Of a stretch of 64,000 bases of DNA, positions 36,000 to 45,546 are shown piece by piece (position 1 is the stretch's first letter; the number at the start of each line of letters is the position of its first letter). The notes below the pieces were generated by a model. The model was not told the DNA's origin. It saw only the letters and a program-made list of their open reading frames with translations, and did not search any database. Source of the stretch: Ruminococcaceae bacterium UBA1236. Lineage in GTDB: Bacteria; Bacillota; Clostridia; Oscillospirales; Acutalibacteraceae. Position numbers and translations under genes: made by a program. The stretch is from the NCBI GenBank assembly GCA_002309055.1, contig DBWO01000046.1, positions 41,865 through 105,864 on the forward strand, written 5' to 3'.

Positions 36000-37505
36000 T
36001 TATTCGCCGGCGTGTTTTATGCCGAGTATTTCAAGCTCTTTTTCGGTGAGGCCTATGCCTCTTAGCATAAGGCGGTTGCCCCTTAAGGAGTCAACCGAGT
36101 TAATACCCATGCCGCCCATTATCTCTTTGATTTCGTGATTCCACGCGTTTATGAGGTTTTCAACCCTCTCGTGCATTATATCGGGGTTAAGGCGCTTCAC
36201 AAGCTCGGGGCGCTGAGTGGCTATGCCCCAGTTGCACTTGCCCGTGTTACAGGTCTGGCACATATGACAGCCCATTGCGATAAGCGGAGCGGAGGCGCAG
36301 TAGCAGGCGTCCGCGCCCAGAGCGATTGCCTTCACTATGTCGGCGGAGCATCTGAATGAGCCGGCGGCGACAAGCGAAATGCTCGAGCGTATTCCCTCAT
36401 CGCGCAGACGCTGATCCGCCGCTGCAAGCGCGAGTTCAATCGGTATGCCCACATTGTCTCTTATTCTTGTCGGCGCCGCGCCCGTGCCGCCTCTGAAGCC
36501 GTCAATCGCTATAATATCGGCGCCCGCTCTCGCGCAGCCCGAAACGATTGCCGCAACATTGTGCACGGCGGCTATCTTGACGGAAACGGGTTTTTCGTTG
36601 TGCGTTGCCTGTTTTAATGACCATATAAGCTGACGAAGGTCCTCAATAGAGTAAATATCGTGGTGCGGGGCGGGCGAAATCGCGTCGCTCCCCTCGGGAA
36701 TCATTCTCGCGTTTGACACTTCAACGTTGACCTTTTCGCCGGGCAGATGGCCGCCTATGCCGGGCTTTGCGCCCTGGCCGATTTTTATCTCAATGAATCT
36801 TGAATTCTGAAGATATTCCTTGTGCACGCCAAATCTGCCGGAGGCAACCTGCACAATGGCGCAGTCCGTGTAATCCTTGAGGTCGGGGTGAAGACCGCCC
36901 TCGCCGGTGTTGAAGAGCGTGCCGAGGTTTTTCGCCGCCATCGCGAGCGATTTCTGCGCGTTTAATGAGATTGAGCCGAAGCTCATCGCCGAAAACATAA
37001 TCGGAGTTTCAAGGATGACCTGCGGCGGCATCTCCACAGTGGATTTGCCTTTCTTTTCAACTGTTATTTTTTCGGGCTTTCTGCCGAGGATTGTGCGAAT
37101 CTCCATCGGCTCGCGCAGGGGGTCAATCGATGGGTTTGTGACCTGCGAAGCGTTGAGGAGGATTTTATCCCAATAAACCGGGTAGGGTTTAGGTGTGCCC
37201 ATACCGGAAAGGAGCACGCCGCCCGTTGCCGCCTGACGGCAGATTTCCTGCTGATACTGCGGAGTCCAGTTGGCGTTTTCTCTGTAATCGCACACATATT
37301 TTTCAATTCTGAGAGCGCCTGTCGGGCACATATCCACACAGCGGTGGCACGCTACACAGGCGTTTGAGTTTACGAGCGCCGTTTTGCCGTCATCCGCGTA
37401 ATAATGGCACTCGTTTGAGCACTGGCGCACACAGCAGCCGCAGTTAATGCAAAGCTCCTTGTCGCGCACTACTGTGAAACGGCGGGGAATATAATTGATT
37501 GACAT
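36000..37505 (-). CDS. Glutamate synthase FMN-binding subunit with N-terminal ferredoxin
   Basis: AMSFGSIS, NTGEGG, QVASGRFG, EIKIGQGAKPGIGGHLPGEKV, ISPAPHHDIYSIEDL, CHMCQTC..C.WGIATQ. Confidence 0.95.
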   Translation of the reverse strand: MSINYIPRRFTVVRDKELCINCGCCVRQCSNECHYYADDGKTALVNSNACVACHRCVDMCPTGALRIEKYVCDYRENANWTPQYQQEICRQAATGGVLLSGMGTPKPYPVYWDKILLNASQVTNPSIDPLREPMEIRTILGRKPEKITVEKKGKSTVEMPPQVILETPIMFSAMSFGSISLNAQKSLAMAAKNLGTLFNTGEGGLHPDLKDYTDCAIVQVASGRFGVHKEYLQNSRFIEIKIGQGAKPGIGGHLPGEKVNVEVSNARMIPEGSDAISPAPHHDIYSIEDLRQLIWSLKQATHNEKPVSVKIAAVHNVAAIVSGCARAGADIIAIDGFRGGTGAAPTRIRDNVGIPIELALAAADQRLRDEGIRSSISLVAAGSFRCSADIVKAIALGADACYCASAPLIAMGCHMCQTCNTGKCNWGIATQRPELVKRLNPDIMHERVENLINAWNHEIKEIMGGMGINSVDSLRGNRLMLRGIGLTEKELEILGIKHAGE

Positions 37506-37506
37506 A

Positions 37507-38607
37507 TCAGTCCTCCCCCTTTCCGTCAAGCTCAAGAGGAATGAATACGGGGTCCGCTCCGCTCACGGACCACACCTTTTCAGGGTCCGGGCAGATGATG
37601 CGGATTGCGCTTTCCTCGCTCGCGAAATATGCCCTGCTGCCCTTTGTGGCGGCGGTGAGCGAGCGGAGTTTAAGGCGGTCGTTTACAGCGAGAAGACCCT
37701 TGTTTGAGCCGAGTATAACGGAAAACGGACCGTTTACGAGAGCGCCGCTGTAAATGGCGCGAAGGTTTGTGAAATACTCTTTTTTATCTTTGTCCATTCT
37801 GTCTATCTCATCCCATTCGGGGGCTGTGAGCACATCCGCCGCCACATTGAGAGGCAGACCGTGATGCCTTATGAGATGGTCAAAAAGGTAGGTGATAACC
37901 TCGGTGTCCGTCTGCATTGTGCACTTGTAGCCGAACTGCTCAATGTAGCGCCTGTTGGTGTCGTAACTTGAGATTTCGCCGTTGTGCACTATGGACCAGT
38001 CGAGGATATTGAAGGGGTGGGCGCCGCCCCACCAGCCGGGTGTGTTTGTGGGAAACCTGCCGTGCGCCGTCCAGAGGTAGGCGTCGTATTTGTCGAGCAT
38101 ATAAAATTCGCCCACATCCTCGGGGTAACCGACCGCTTTGAAGCATCCCATGTTTTTGCCCGATGAGAAGATGTAAGCTCCGTCAAAGGCGGAATTCACC
38201 CTCGTGACGCACTGCACCACATACTCGCCCTCGTCAAGGCGCGAGTTGTTCATTCTAACCCTGTTGACCCTGCCGAAATAGCGCCATATATCCGGCCCGT
38301 TTTCGATGGAGTCAACCTTTCTTGTGGGTATGCGCTCCGCGGCATCGATGTTGAAATGCCTGAACAAAAAGTCCTCGCACGCCTTGTGTGCCTCGCTGTT
38401 TTCATAAAAGATATGAAAAGCGTAGTCGTCCTTGTGCTCGGGGTAGATGCCGTAAGCGGCAAAGCCGCCCCCGAGTCCGTTGGAGCGGTCGTGCATGAGT
38501 GCAATTGATTTGATGATTTCGGAACCGTTTATCATGCCGCCCTTGCGGTCGATAATCGCCGCGATGGCGCAGCCGGACGGTATCCTTATCTGCCCTTCCT
38601 TCAGCAT
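37507..38607 (-). CDS. Glutamate synthase class II glutamine amidotransferase subunit
   Basis: SGCAIA, AHGRFPTNTPGWWGGAHPF, VHNGEISSY, TDTEV. Confidence 0.92.
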   Translation of the reverse strand: MLKEGQIRIPSGCAIAAIIDRKGGMINGSEIIKSIALMHDRSNGLGGGFAAYGIYPEHKDDYAFHIFYENSEAHKACEDFLFRHFNIDAAERIPTRKVDSIENGPDIWRYFGRVNRVRMNNSRLDEGEYVVQCVTRVNSAFDGAYIFSSGKNMGCFKAVGYPEDVGEFYMLDKYDAYLWTAHGRFPTNTPGWWGGAHPFNILDWSIVHNGEISSYDTNRRYIEQFGYKCTMQTDTEVITYLFDHLIRHHGLPLNVAADVLTAPEWDEIDRMDKDKKEYFTNLRAIYSGALVNGPFSVILGSNKGLLAVNDRLKLRSLTAATKGSRAYFASEESAIRIICPDPEKVWSVSGADPVFIPLELDGKGED

Positions 38608-38688
38608 ATTTTTCTCCTTTTAGCATATTCCGAAAAGCAATACAGGGGCAGTGTTAAAACTGCCCTGTCTGCTTTCTGTTCAGTTAAA

Positions 38689-40446
38689 TTAAATGTCGTC
38701 CTCGCCCTGCAGAGCGTCATAACCGCGCTCGCCGGTACGGACTTTGACAACATCGTCAACTTCATAAATGAATATTTTGCCGTCGCCGATATTGCCTGTG
38801 TAGAGCACACGCCGCGCGGCCTCCACAACATCCGAAACGGGCACGGCGGAAACCACCATCTCCAGTTTCATCTTCGGGCTGAGGTTAACCTCTTCAATCT
38901 CAACACCGCGGTATTTTCTGATGTTGTGACCTTTCTGTACGCCGCAGCCCATAACATTTGTAACGGTCATTCCCGTAACGCCGATTTCGTTCATGGCATC
39001 TTTGACCGCTTCAAAACGGGCGGGGTTAAAAACCATAACTATTTTTGTGAGCTTGGGTTTGCTTCTCGCAATATAGGACTCAACCGGCACCGCTTTTTCA
39101 ACCGGCTCGGCGGGCTCTATGGGGGCGCCTACATCTTTCGTTTCGGGCAGAACCGCTTTCAGCGAGTTTGATGTGGCGAGAGCCATGGCGGGCATAAAGT
39201 CCGCATATGCGGAGGGCAGATTGTGCTCTGTCGCGTCAAGGCCCTTGATTTCTTCCTCGGCCGAAACACGAAGGCCGTGGAATTTTTTGATTGCGAAGAA
39301 AACTATAATCATAGTGACTGCTGACCAGCCGGCAACGCTCACAAAGCCGAGCGCCTGAATGCCGAGCTGTGAGAAACCGCCGCCGTAAAAGAGACCTTTG
39401 CCGACATCGTTCGCGCCGGTTGAGAAAAGGCCTACGGCAAAGGTGCCCCAGATGCCGTTTGCCAGGTGCACAGCGCACGCGCCGACGGGATCGTCGATGT
39501 GAAGCTTCTTGTCGATAAACTCAACCGCGAGCACAACGATTATTCCGGAAACGGCGCCTATTATGATTGAACCGAGAGCGTCCGTGCAATCGCAGGAGGC
39601 GGTGATAGCCACAAGGCCCGCGAGCGAGGCGTTAAGGCTCATTGAAACATCGGGTTTACCGTCCTTTACCCAGGTGAATATCATTGTGACAACAGTCGCT
39701 ATTGACGGCGCGAGAGTTGTTGTAAGGAAGATTGAAGCGAGCTGACCGGCGCTTTTCGCCGCCGCGCCGTTAAAGCCGTACCAGGCAAACCACAGGATGA
39801 ATACGCCGAGAGCGCCCACCGTGAGGTTGTGGCCGGGAATCGCTTTGGCAATTTTTTTGCCTGTCGCCTTGTCAGTCTTGTACTTTCCTATACGGGGGCC
39901 GAGGATTGCCGCGCCTATAAACGCCGCGATACCGCCGACCATGTGAATTGCCGTTGAGCCTGCGAAATCGTGGAAGCCGAGTTTTGCGAGCCAGCCCTCG
40001 CCGTTCCACACCCAGCCTGCTTCAACGGGATAAACCACGGCGGAGATGACCGCCGAGTAAATGCAGTAGGATGAGAATTTCGTTCTCTCCGCCATAGCGC
40101 CTGAAACTATCGTTGCCGCTGTCGCGCAGAAGACGAGGTTGAAAACGAAGTTTGACCAGTCAAAGTGCGCGTAATCGGTGAAAACTCCGAGTGTCGGCAT
40201 TCCGATAAAACCGCCGAGGCACTCCTCGCCCATCATAAGGCCGAAGCCGAGCAGCACGAACATAACCGCGCCGATGCAGAAATCCATCAGGTTTTTCATT
40301 ATGATGTTTCCCGCATTTTTAGCCCTTGTAAATCCGCTTTCCACCATAGCGAAGCCGCACTGCATAAAGAAAACCAGGGCGGCGCCTATCAGGAACCAGA
40401 CATCAAAGATGCCCTGCGAAACAAGGGAGGTTGTTGTATATTCCAT
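38689..40446 (-). CDS. amtB: Ammonium transporter fused to a C-terminal PII (GlnK/GlnB-like) domain
   Basis: DFAGS..IH, WFAWYGFNG, DDPVGA..VH; C-terminal GMTVT.V.GCG.QKG...YRG, TG.IGDGKIF...VRTGE. Confidence 0.95.
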   Translation of the reverse strand: MEYTTTSLVSQGIFDVWFLIGAALVFFMQCGFAMVESGFTRAKNAGNIIMKNLMDFCIGAVMFVLLGFGLMMGEECLGGFIGMPTLGVFTDYAHFDWSNFVFNLVFCATAATIVSGAMAERTKFSSYCIYSAVISAVVYPVEAGWVWNGEGWLAKLGFHDFAGSTAIHMVGGIAAFIGAAILGPRIGKYKTDKATGKKIAKAIPGHNLTVGALGVFILWFAWYGFNGAAAKSAGQLASIFLTTTLAPSIATVVTMIFTWVKDGKPDVSMSLNASLAGLVAITASCDCTDALGSIIIGAVSGIIVVLAVEFIDKKLHIDDPVGACAVHLANGIWGTFAVGLFSTGANDVGKGLFYGGGFSQLGIQALGFVSVAGWSAVTMIIVFFAIKKFHGLRVSAEEEIKGLDATEHNLPSAYADFMPAMALATSNSLKAVLPETKDVGAPIEPAEPVEKAVPVESYIARSKPKLTKIVMVFNPARFEAVKDAMNEIGVTGMTVTNVMGCGVQKGHNIRKYRGVEIEEVNLSPKMKLEMVVSAVPVSDVVEAARRVLYTGNIGDGKIFIYEVDDVVKVRTGERGYDALQGEDDI

Positions 40447-40470
40447 TTCTTTCCTCCAAAAATCTTAAAA

Positions 40471-40510
40471 ACACCGGGAATGCTCCCCGCTGAACAGAGA
40501 GCATTCCCTG
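40471..40510 (-). terminator. Hairpin/terminator between glnA and amtB
   Basis: Minus strand gggaatgctc...gagcattccc followed by a T-rich tract. Confidence 0.55.
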
Positions 40511-40560
40511 CTAAAAGGAGCCAAGCAGTGAGTTTATATGCTCATCTGCCTGAAAGCAAA

Positions 40561-41904
40561 TTAATAGTTAATCATATATTTATCAATTTCCCACTGGCTT
40601 ACCTTTGTTCTGTACTCATCCCACTCGGCCTTCTTGCCGCTGATGTAGTTCTTGAAGGCCTGCTCGCCTATGACGGAAGCGACAAAGCTGTCATCCTCGG
40701 CCGCCTGAATTGCTTCTTCAAGTGTGCCGGGCAGGCAGTCGATGCCCTTCTGTGCAAGCTCTTTTTCGGTAAGAACAAACACGTTTTCATCGCAGGAGGG
40801 CTTGGGCGTGAGGCCTCTCTTGATGCCGTCAAGGCCTGCGGCAAGGCAAAGCGCCATTTCAAGATAGGGGTTGCAGGTCGGGTCGGGGCATCTGAGCTCA
40901 ACTCTGGTTCCCTTGCCTCTGCTCGCGGGTATTCTGATAAGGCAGGAGCGGTTTGAGGTGCTCCACACAAGGTAACTGGGAGCTTCGTAGCCGGGAACGA
41001 GTCTCTTATAAGAGTTTACGGTGGGGTTTGAGAAAACGGCTATGCCCTTGATATGCTCCATAATGCCGGCGATAAATGAATAAGCTTCTTTTGAAAGACC
41101 GAGGTCGCCTTCGGGGTCATCAAAAATGTTTTTGCCCGTGTTCACATCATAAAGGCTCATATTGGTGTGCATGCCCGAGCCGTTGATGCCGTAAATGGGT
41201 TTAGGCATAAAGGTCGCGTGAAGGCCGTGCTTTGTGGCATAAGTCTTTACAACGTGCTTGAAAGTCATAACTCTGTCCGCGGTGAGAAGGCCGTCGCCGA
41301 ACTGGAAGTCTATCTCGTGCTGACCTTCGGCAACCTCGTGATGAGAAGCCTCAATCGTGTAGCCCATATCTTCAAGCGCAAGGCAGATGTCGCGGCGGCA
41401 GTTTTCGCCGTGGTCGATGGGGTTCAGGTCAAAGTATCCTGCTTCGTCGCCCGTTTCAAGGGTGGGCTTGCCTTTTTCATCAAGCTTGAAAAGGAAGAAT
41501 TCGCACTCGGGGCCCACATTGAAGCCGTAGCCGAGTTTTTTCGCCTCATCCATCACTCTGATAAGGATGTTTCTGGGGTCGCCCTCAAACGGGGTTTTGT
41601 TATCCGATTTATATACGGAGCAGATGAGCCTGCCCGTCTGAATCTGCTGATGCTTTCTCCAGGGGACTATCGCCCAGGTGTCGTAATCCGGGTGAAGATA
41701 CATATCGCTCTCATCAATTCTTGCGAAACCGTCAACGGACGAGCCGTCAAACATTATTTCGTTGTCAAGCGCCTTTTCAAGCTGCGACACGGTGATTGCC
41801 ACATTTTTCATAATGCCGAAAAGGTCCGTAAACTGAAGTCTTACGAATTCAACGCCGTTTTCCTTTGCGCTCTTGAGTATGTCTTCTTTTGTGAGTCTGC
41901 TCAT
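40561..41904 (-). CDS. glnA: Glutamine synthetase type I
   Basis: RLQFTD, FDGSS, GPECEFFLF, HHEVA.GQHEI, ATFMPKP..GINGSGMH, NSYKRLVPGYEAP, RVELRCPDP. Confidence 0.98.
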   Translation of the reverse strand: MSRLTKEDILKSAKENGVEFVRLQFTDLFGIMKNVAITVSQLEKALDNEIMFDGSSVDGFARIDESDMYLHPDYDTWAIVPWRKHQQIQTGRLICSVYKSDNKTPFEGDPRNILIRVMDEAKKLGYGFNVGPECEFFLFKLDEKGKPTLETGDEAGYFDLNPIDHGENCRRDICLALEDMGYTIEASHHEVAEGQHEIDFQFGDGLLTADRVMTFKHVVKTYATKHGLHATFMPKPIYGINGSGMHTNMSLYDVNTGKNIFDDPEGDLGLSKEAYSFIAGIMEHIKGIAVFSNPTVNSYKRLVPGYEAPSYLVWSTSNRSCLIRIPASRGKGTRVELRCPDPTCNPYLEMALCLAAGLDGIKRGLTPKPSCDENVFVLTEKELAQKGIDCLPGTLEEAIQAAEDDSFVASVIGEQAFKNYISGKKAEWDEYRTKVSQWEIDKYMINY

Positions 41905-42070
41905 TTTATTTTCCTCCTTGAATATATGTTAATGATTTCTTACGAATGCGGATGTATCTGAATAATTATTATTACCGGGGCCTTCCCGCTTTTCCGGCGC
42001 ATTTAAGCCGGAGCTCTCCGCTTTCATATTTTCAAGCCTGCCCACATACATCCCTCCTTAAAACGCAGAA

Positions 42071-42171
42071 GGCGCCTCTTGTGCCGCTGCACAAAAGACG
42101 CCGTTGTCCGTTTGGTAAAATATAAACAACAAAAAAGAGGGGCCTCCGCCCGAAGCGGAGACCCCTTTGTC
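42071..42171 (-). promoter_or_regulatory. ANTAR-like attenuators in the glnA leader
   Basis: GAC-AAAGGG-GTC (42160-42171) and GAC-AACGGC-GTC (42097-42108) hexaloop hairpins, each overlapping the 5' arm of a longer stem. Confidence 0.65.
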
Positions 42172-42182
42172 CTGTTGCAATT

Positions 42183-42211
42183 AGACTACAACAAATTCAT
42201 TCTGTTGTCAA
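42183..42211 (-). promoter_or_regulatory. Sigma-A-like promoter of the glnA operon
   Basis: TTGACA-17 nt-TAGTCT on the minus strand. Confidence 0.65.
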
Positions 42212-42289
42212 TACGGGAGCTGAATTTTTATTAATGTTGCTCACAGTTATTCAACTTTTGCCCTGTGTTTTTACAAACGGAACAAAAAA

Positions 42290-43780
42290 TCAGGTGTAAA
42301 ACTTGATAAGATTGCCCGCTGAGCTGTTATTATACTTAACAGTGTTTCTGCCCGTTATCTTCCTGATGCAGTCCGAAAGGCGGGATAAATCATTCATCGC
42401 GGCCTTATATGTCTCGGCGTTGGTGAATTTGAGGAAGATGACCTTGTTATCCTTCTGCTTGTCGATTATCGCGGCTGCTGTGTCGTAGTCGTATGAATCC
42501 ATTTCACATCCGATATGCTTAAAGAAACTGAGCGATTCGGAGGTCGCGTCGGGGTAGGCGTAAAGTGTGTCAAATTTGTGATCCTTTGACATACGGCTCT
42601 TGGGTATGCAGAAATATTCGTAGCTTGTGCCCGAGCCGTCGCCGTCATCCCATGTGACATCCATATAGTAATATTCGCCGCCGACTTTTATGATATTCCA
42701 GGCGTGATTCTGCCCCTGGCTCTTGCCGGTTACCTGACCGCACTCATAACCGAGCTCGTGCATGATATAGACAAACGCGTTTGCGTAGCCGTCGCACACG
42801 GCCCTGCCGTTTATGAGAGCGCCGTAGGCGCAGTGAGCGAGCTGATAATCCGGGCCCGTGAGAGAGCCGAAATAGGAGGCGGTATTGTATTTAGCGTTAT
42901 CGCAAAGATAATCGTGAACATATTTTATGCGGTCGAAGTCGCTTGAATACGCGCCTGCCGCCGAAGCGACCTGCTTCGCCTTAGCGGCGAGAGTACTCTC
43001 GTATTCACTGCCGTTGCCCGAGCCGCAGAAGCTGCAGAGATTCACCTTGGCTGTGTAGCTTGTGTAGCCTTCGGCGTTTGAGTATTTGACGGAGAAGGAG
43101 CGGTCAAAGCGGCAGTATTCGGGGAAGTCGTAGCAGAAGCCGTATATTGCTCTCTCGAGCTCGTCCATAATGAAATCGGCTTCGGGCACCCTCATTGAGA
43201 AGGTGTTGCCGCCCGAAGCGGCCGAGTTGTAAAGTGTGCTGTAAGCCTCTCTTTCGCGGGAGTTCAGAAGCGTGTAGCAGAAACGGTTTTTGAAGGACGA
43301 GGTTATTGCCGCCTTCTTTGTTGTGGCGGGCGCCGCCGTTGTCGCTTTTGTTGCAGCAGCGGTTGTTGACGTAACATTAACCCGTGTCGCCCCGGATTTT
43401 GTCGTGGTCACGGCTTTTGTCGTTGTTGTCGCGGCTTTGGTCGTCGTTGCCGCCTTTGTCGTTGCCGCGGCAGTTGTTGACGGAGCCGCAGTGGTCGCGG
43501 CCGTGGTGATGGCCGATGTGAGTTCGGCAAACGCCGTGCTTGTTTCTTCGGTTGAAGTGATTATTCCGCTGTCTTCCGTTATATCCGTAACGGTTTCATC
43601 AGCGGCTGTGAAAAACGTTTCCGTTTCGGGAATGCTTTCGGGTGATATCGTTTCGCTCTGCTCTCCGGTTGTCTCTTTCGCCGAATCAAACGGGAAACAT
43701 CCGCTCAGCCCGAAGGCGAGCGCAAAAACGGTTATGAGTGCCGCCGCGGCGCGCAGTGTTTTATTTTTATATAACCTCAT
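42290..43780 (-). CDS. Lipoprotein with Thr/Ala-rich linker and transglutaminase-like cysteine protease domain
   Basis: Lipobox LSGC; AVCDGYA...NHAWNI...MDVTWDD (Cys-His-Asp triad). Confidence 0.88.
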   Translation of the reverse strand: MRLYKNKTLRAAAALITVFALAFGLSGCFPFDSAKETTGEQSETISPESIPETETFFTAADETVTDITEDSGIITSTEETSTAFAELTSAITTAATTAAPSTTAAATTKAATTTKAATTTTKAVTTTKSGATRVNVTSTTAAATKATTAAPATTKKAAITSSFKNRFCYTLLNSREREAYSTLYNSAASGGNTFSMRVPEADFIMDELERAIYGFCYDFPEYCRFDRSFSVKYSNAEGYTSYTAKVNLCSFCGSGNGSEYESTLAAKAKQVASAAGAYSSDFDRIKYVHDYLCDNAKYNTASYFGSLTGPDYQLAHCAYGALINGRAVCDGYANAFVYIMHELGYECGQVTGKSQGQNHAWNIIKVGGEYYYMDVTWDDGDGSGTSYEYFCIPKSRMSKDHKFDTLYAYPDATSESLSFFKHIGCEMDSYDYDTAAAIIDKQKDNKVIFLKFTNAETYKAAMNDLSRLSDCIRKITGRNTVKYNNSSAGNLIKFYT

Positions 43781-43804
43781 ATATATGCCTCCGGAAGTTC
43801 GGTA

Positions 43805-44155
43805 TCATTCGGTTTCGTAACCTTCGAGAGCGAGCATACTGTTTACGCTGCTGTAACCGACCGTTACATCGTGGGCCGGCATCGTGAATTCAATCACATA
43901 TCCCTTGTCCTCTTCATAGCCGGGGTTAACCCTTTCACCGTCAACATAAAACGAATAGTCTGTGTCGGTAGCTATGAAGGGGAAATAAAGCGTTACTTTC
44001 TCGCCCTCTTTATAGGCGCTTTTCGCGCCCTTGAAATTGCTTTCCTGCCCGGCGAAATCGAGCTTGTATTTCTGTGACGAGCATGCGGAAAAGATTGTAA
44101 GCATAAGCACTCCTGTAAGAATAAGCGCGAGGGCGCGGAATAAAGCTTTTTTCAT
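43805..44155 (-). CDS. Small lipoprotein, Ig-like repeat domain
   Basis: Lipobox FSAC; YKEGEKVTL...FTMPAHDVTV. Confidence 0.75.
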   Translation of the reverse strand: MKKALFRALALILTGVLMLTIFSACSSQKYKLDFAGQESNFKGAKSAYKEGEKVTLYFPFIATDTDYSFYVDGERVNPGYEEDKGYVIEFTMPAHDVTVGYSSVNSMLALEGYETE

Positions 44156-44156
44156 A

Positions 44157-45512
44157 TTATTCTTCCTCCGCTTCTTCGCGCGGCAGAATCTCAACCTTGA
44201 TGTCGTCAATACGGCGGTCCTCAAGTGTGAGAATGGTGAAATGCAGGTTTTCAAAATCAATTTCAATCGGCAGCTCGGCGCCCTCGTCGGGCAGATAGCC
44301 GAGCTTGCTGATAAGAAAGCCGGCAAGCGTGTCATAGTCGCCTTCGGGCAGGGTAACGCCCGTAAGCTCCTCTATTTCTTCAACGGATGTAGTGCCGTCC
44401 ACATTGAATGTGGTTTCGTTTATCTGCACTATATCCTCTTCTTCATCGTCGTCATATTCATCGCGGATGTTGCCTACGATTGACTCGAGCACGTCCTCTA
44501 TCGTTACTATGCCCGCTGTGCCGCCGTATTCATCAACAACCACGGCAAACTGCGTGCGGCTTTCGTTCATCTGCCTGAAAATATCAAAGCACGCCTGCGT
44601 TTCCGCCACATAGAGGGGCTTACGCATAACGCTCTCGATAGTAAGCTCCTTCGGGATTTTCTTGCCTACGTAATGGAGCAGATCCTTCGCGTAAAGCACA
44701 CCGACTATGTTGTCGGGGTCGCCTTTGTAAACGGGAATTCTCGAGTAGCCGTTTTCTACGCAGAGGTCCGCGACATCCTCGAGCGAGCTTGTCACGTCAA
44801 CCGCCACCATCTCGGTGCGGTGAGTCATAACATCGCCCGCGTTAAGGTCGTCAAACTCAAAGATGTTGTCTATCATCTCCGCCTGGCTGTTCTCTATAAC
44901 GCCCGTTTCTTCGCCGACATCAACCATCATACGGATTTCTTCTTCCGTCACGTTTTCTCTGTCCGCGTCGGGGTCAAATCCGAACAGGCGCACAACACCG
45001 TTTGTTGAGGCGGAGAGAAACCGCACGAAAGGCTTGGTGAGCCCCGCGAACGCAAGCAGAACGCCCACGACCCTGTAGGATATTTTTTCCGGTATCTGCA
45101 TTGCTATCCTTTTGGGGGCGAGCTCGCCGAGAACAAGTGAAAAATATGAAATAATGATTGTGATAACGATAACCGAAAGGGCGCTTATAAGCCCCGCCGA
45201 AACCGACGGCCATCTTTTCACAACCGCGTTCGTGATCAGCGCGGCGAAAGACGCCGATGCCGACGCCGAGGTCAGAAAGCCGGCGAGAGTGACGCCTATC
45301 TGGATTGTCGAGAGAAATCTGCTCGGGTCCTGCGTCAGTTTCGCTATCTGCGCGGCTTTCTTGTCGCCTTCTTCGGCAAGTTTTTTGATTTTGCTGTCAT
45401 TAAGTGAAATGATTGCTATCTCGCTCATCGCAAAAAACGCGTTTATGAGGATGAGCACAAGCAAAAGAATAAGTTTAAGCGCTATGGTCATAATAGACCC
45501 GGGGTCATCCAT
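44157..45512 (-). CDS. Hemolysin-family HlyC/CorC protein (CNNM domain + CBS pair + CorC domain)
   Basis: NAFFAMSEIA, IQIGVTL, GELAPK, YSRIPVY, VVDEYGGTAGIVTIED, YDTLAG. Confidence 0.94.
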   Translation of the reverse strand: MDDPGSIMTIALKLILLLVLILINAFFAMSEIAIISLNDSKIKKLAEEGDKKAAQIAKLTQDPSRFLSTIQIGVTLAGFLTSASASASFAALITNAVVKRWPSVSAGLISALSVIVITIIISYFSLVLGELAPKRIAMQIPEKISYRVVGVLLAFAGLTKPFVRFLSASTNGVVRLFGFDPDADRENVTEEEIRMMVDVGEETGVIENSQAEMIDNIFEFDDLNAGDVMTHRTEMVAVDVTSSLEDVADLCVENGYSRIPVYKGDPDNIVGVLYAKDLLHYVGKKIPKELTIESVMRKPLYVAETQACFDIFRQMNESRTQFAVVVDEYGGTAGIVTIEDVLESIVGNIRDEYDDDEEEDIVQINETTFNVDGTTSVEEIEELTGVTLPEGDYDTLAGFLISKLGYLPDEGAELPIEIDFENLHFTILTLEDRRIDDIKVEILPREEAEEE

Positions 45513-45546
45513 ACAGGATTAACTCCTTTCCGAAAATAAAAATGTG

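Noticed and set aside
41167-41961. 264-aa plus-strand ORF
   Set aside because: Antisense shadow of glnA with no motifs, expected from codon bias.
41998-42008. gcgcatttaagc, similar to the 26.7-26.9 kb element
   Set aside because: Short match without the A-tract or hairpin; likely chance.
44157-45512. Hemolysin as a toxin
   Set aside because: The HlyC/CorC family are Mg2+/Co2+ homeostasis proteins; the name is historical.
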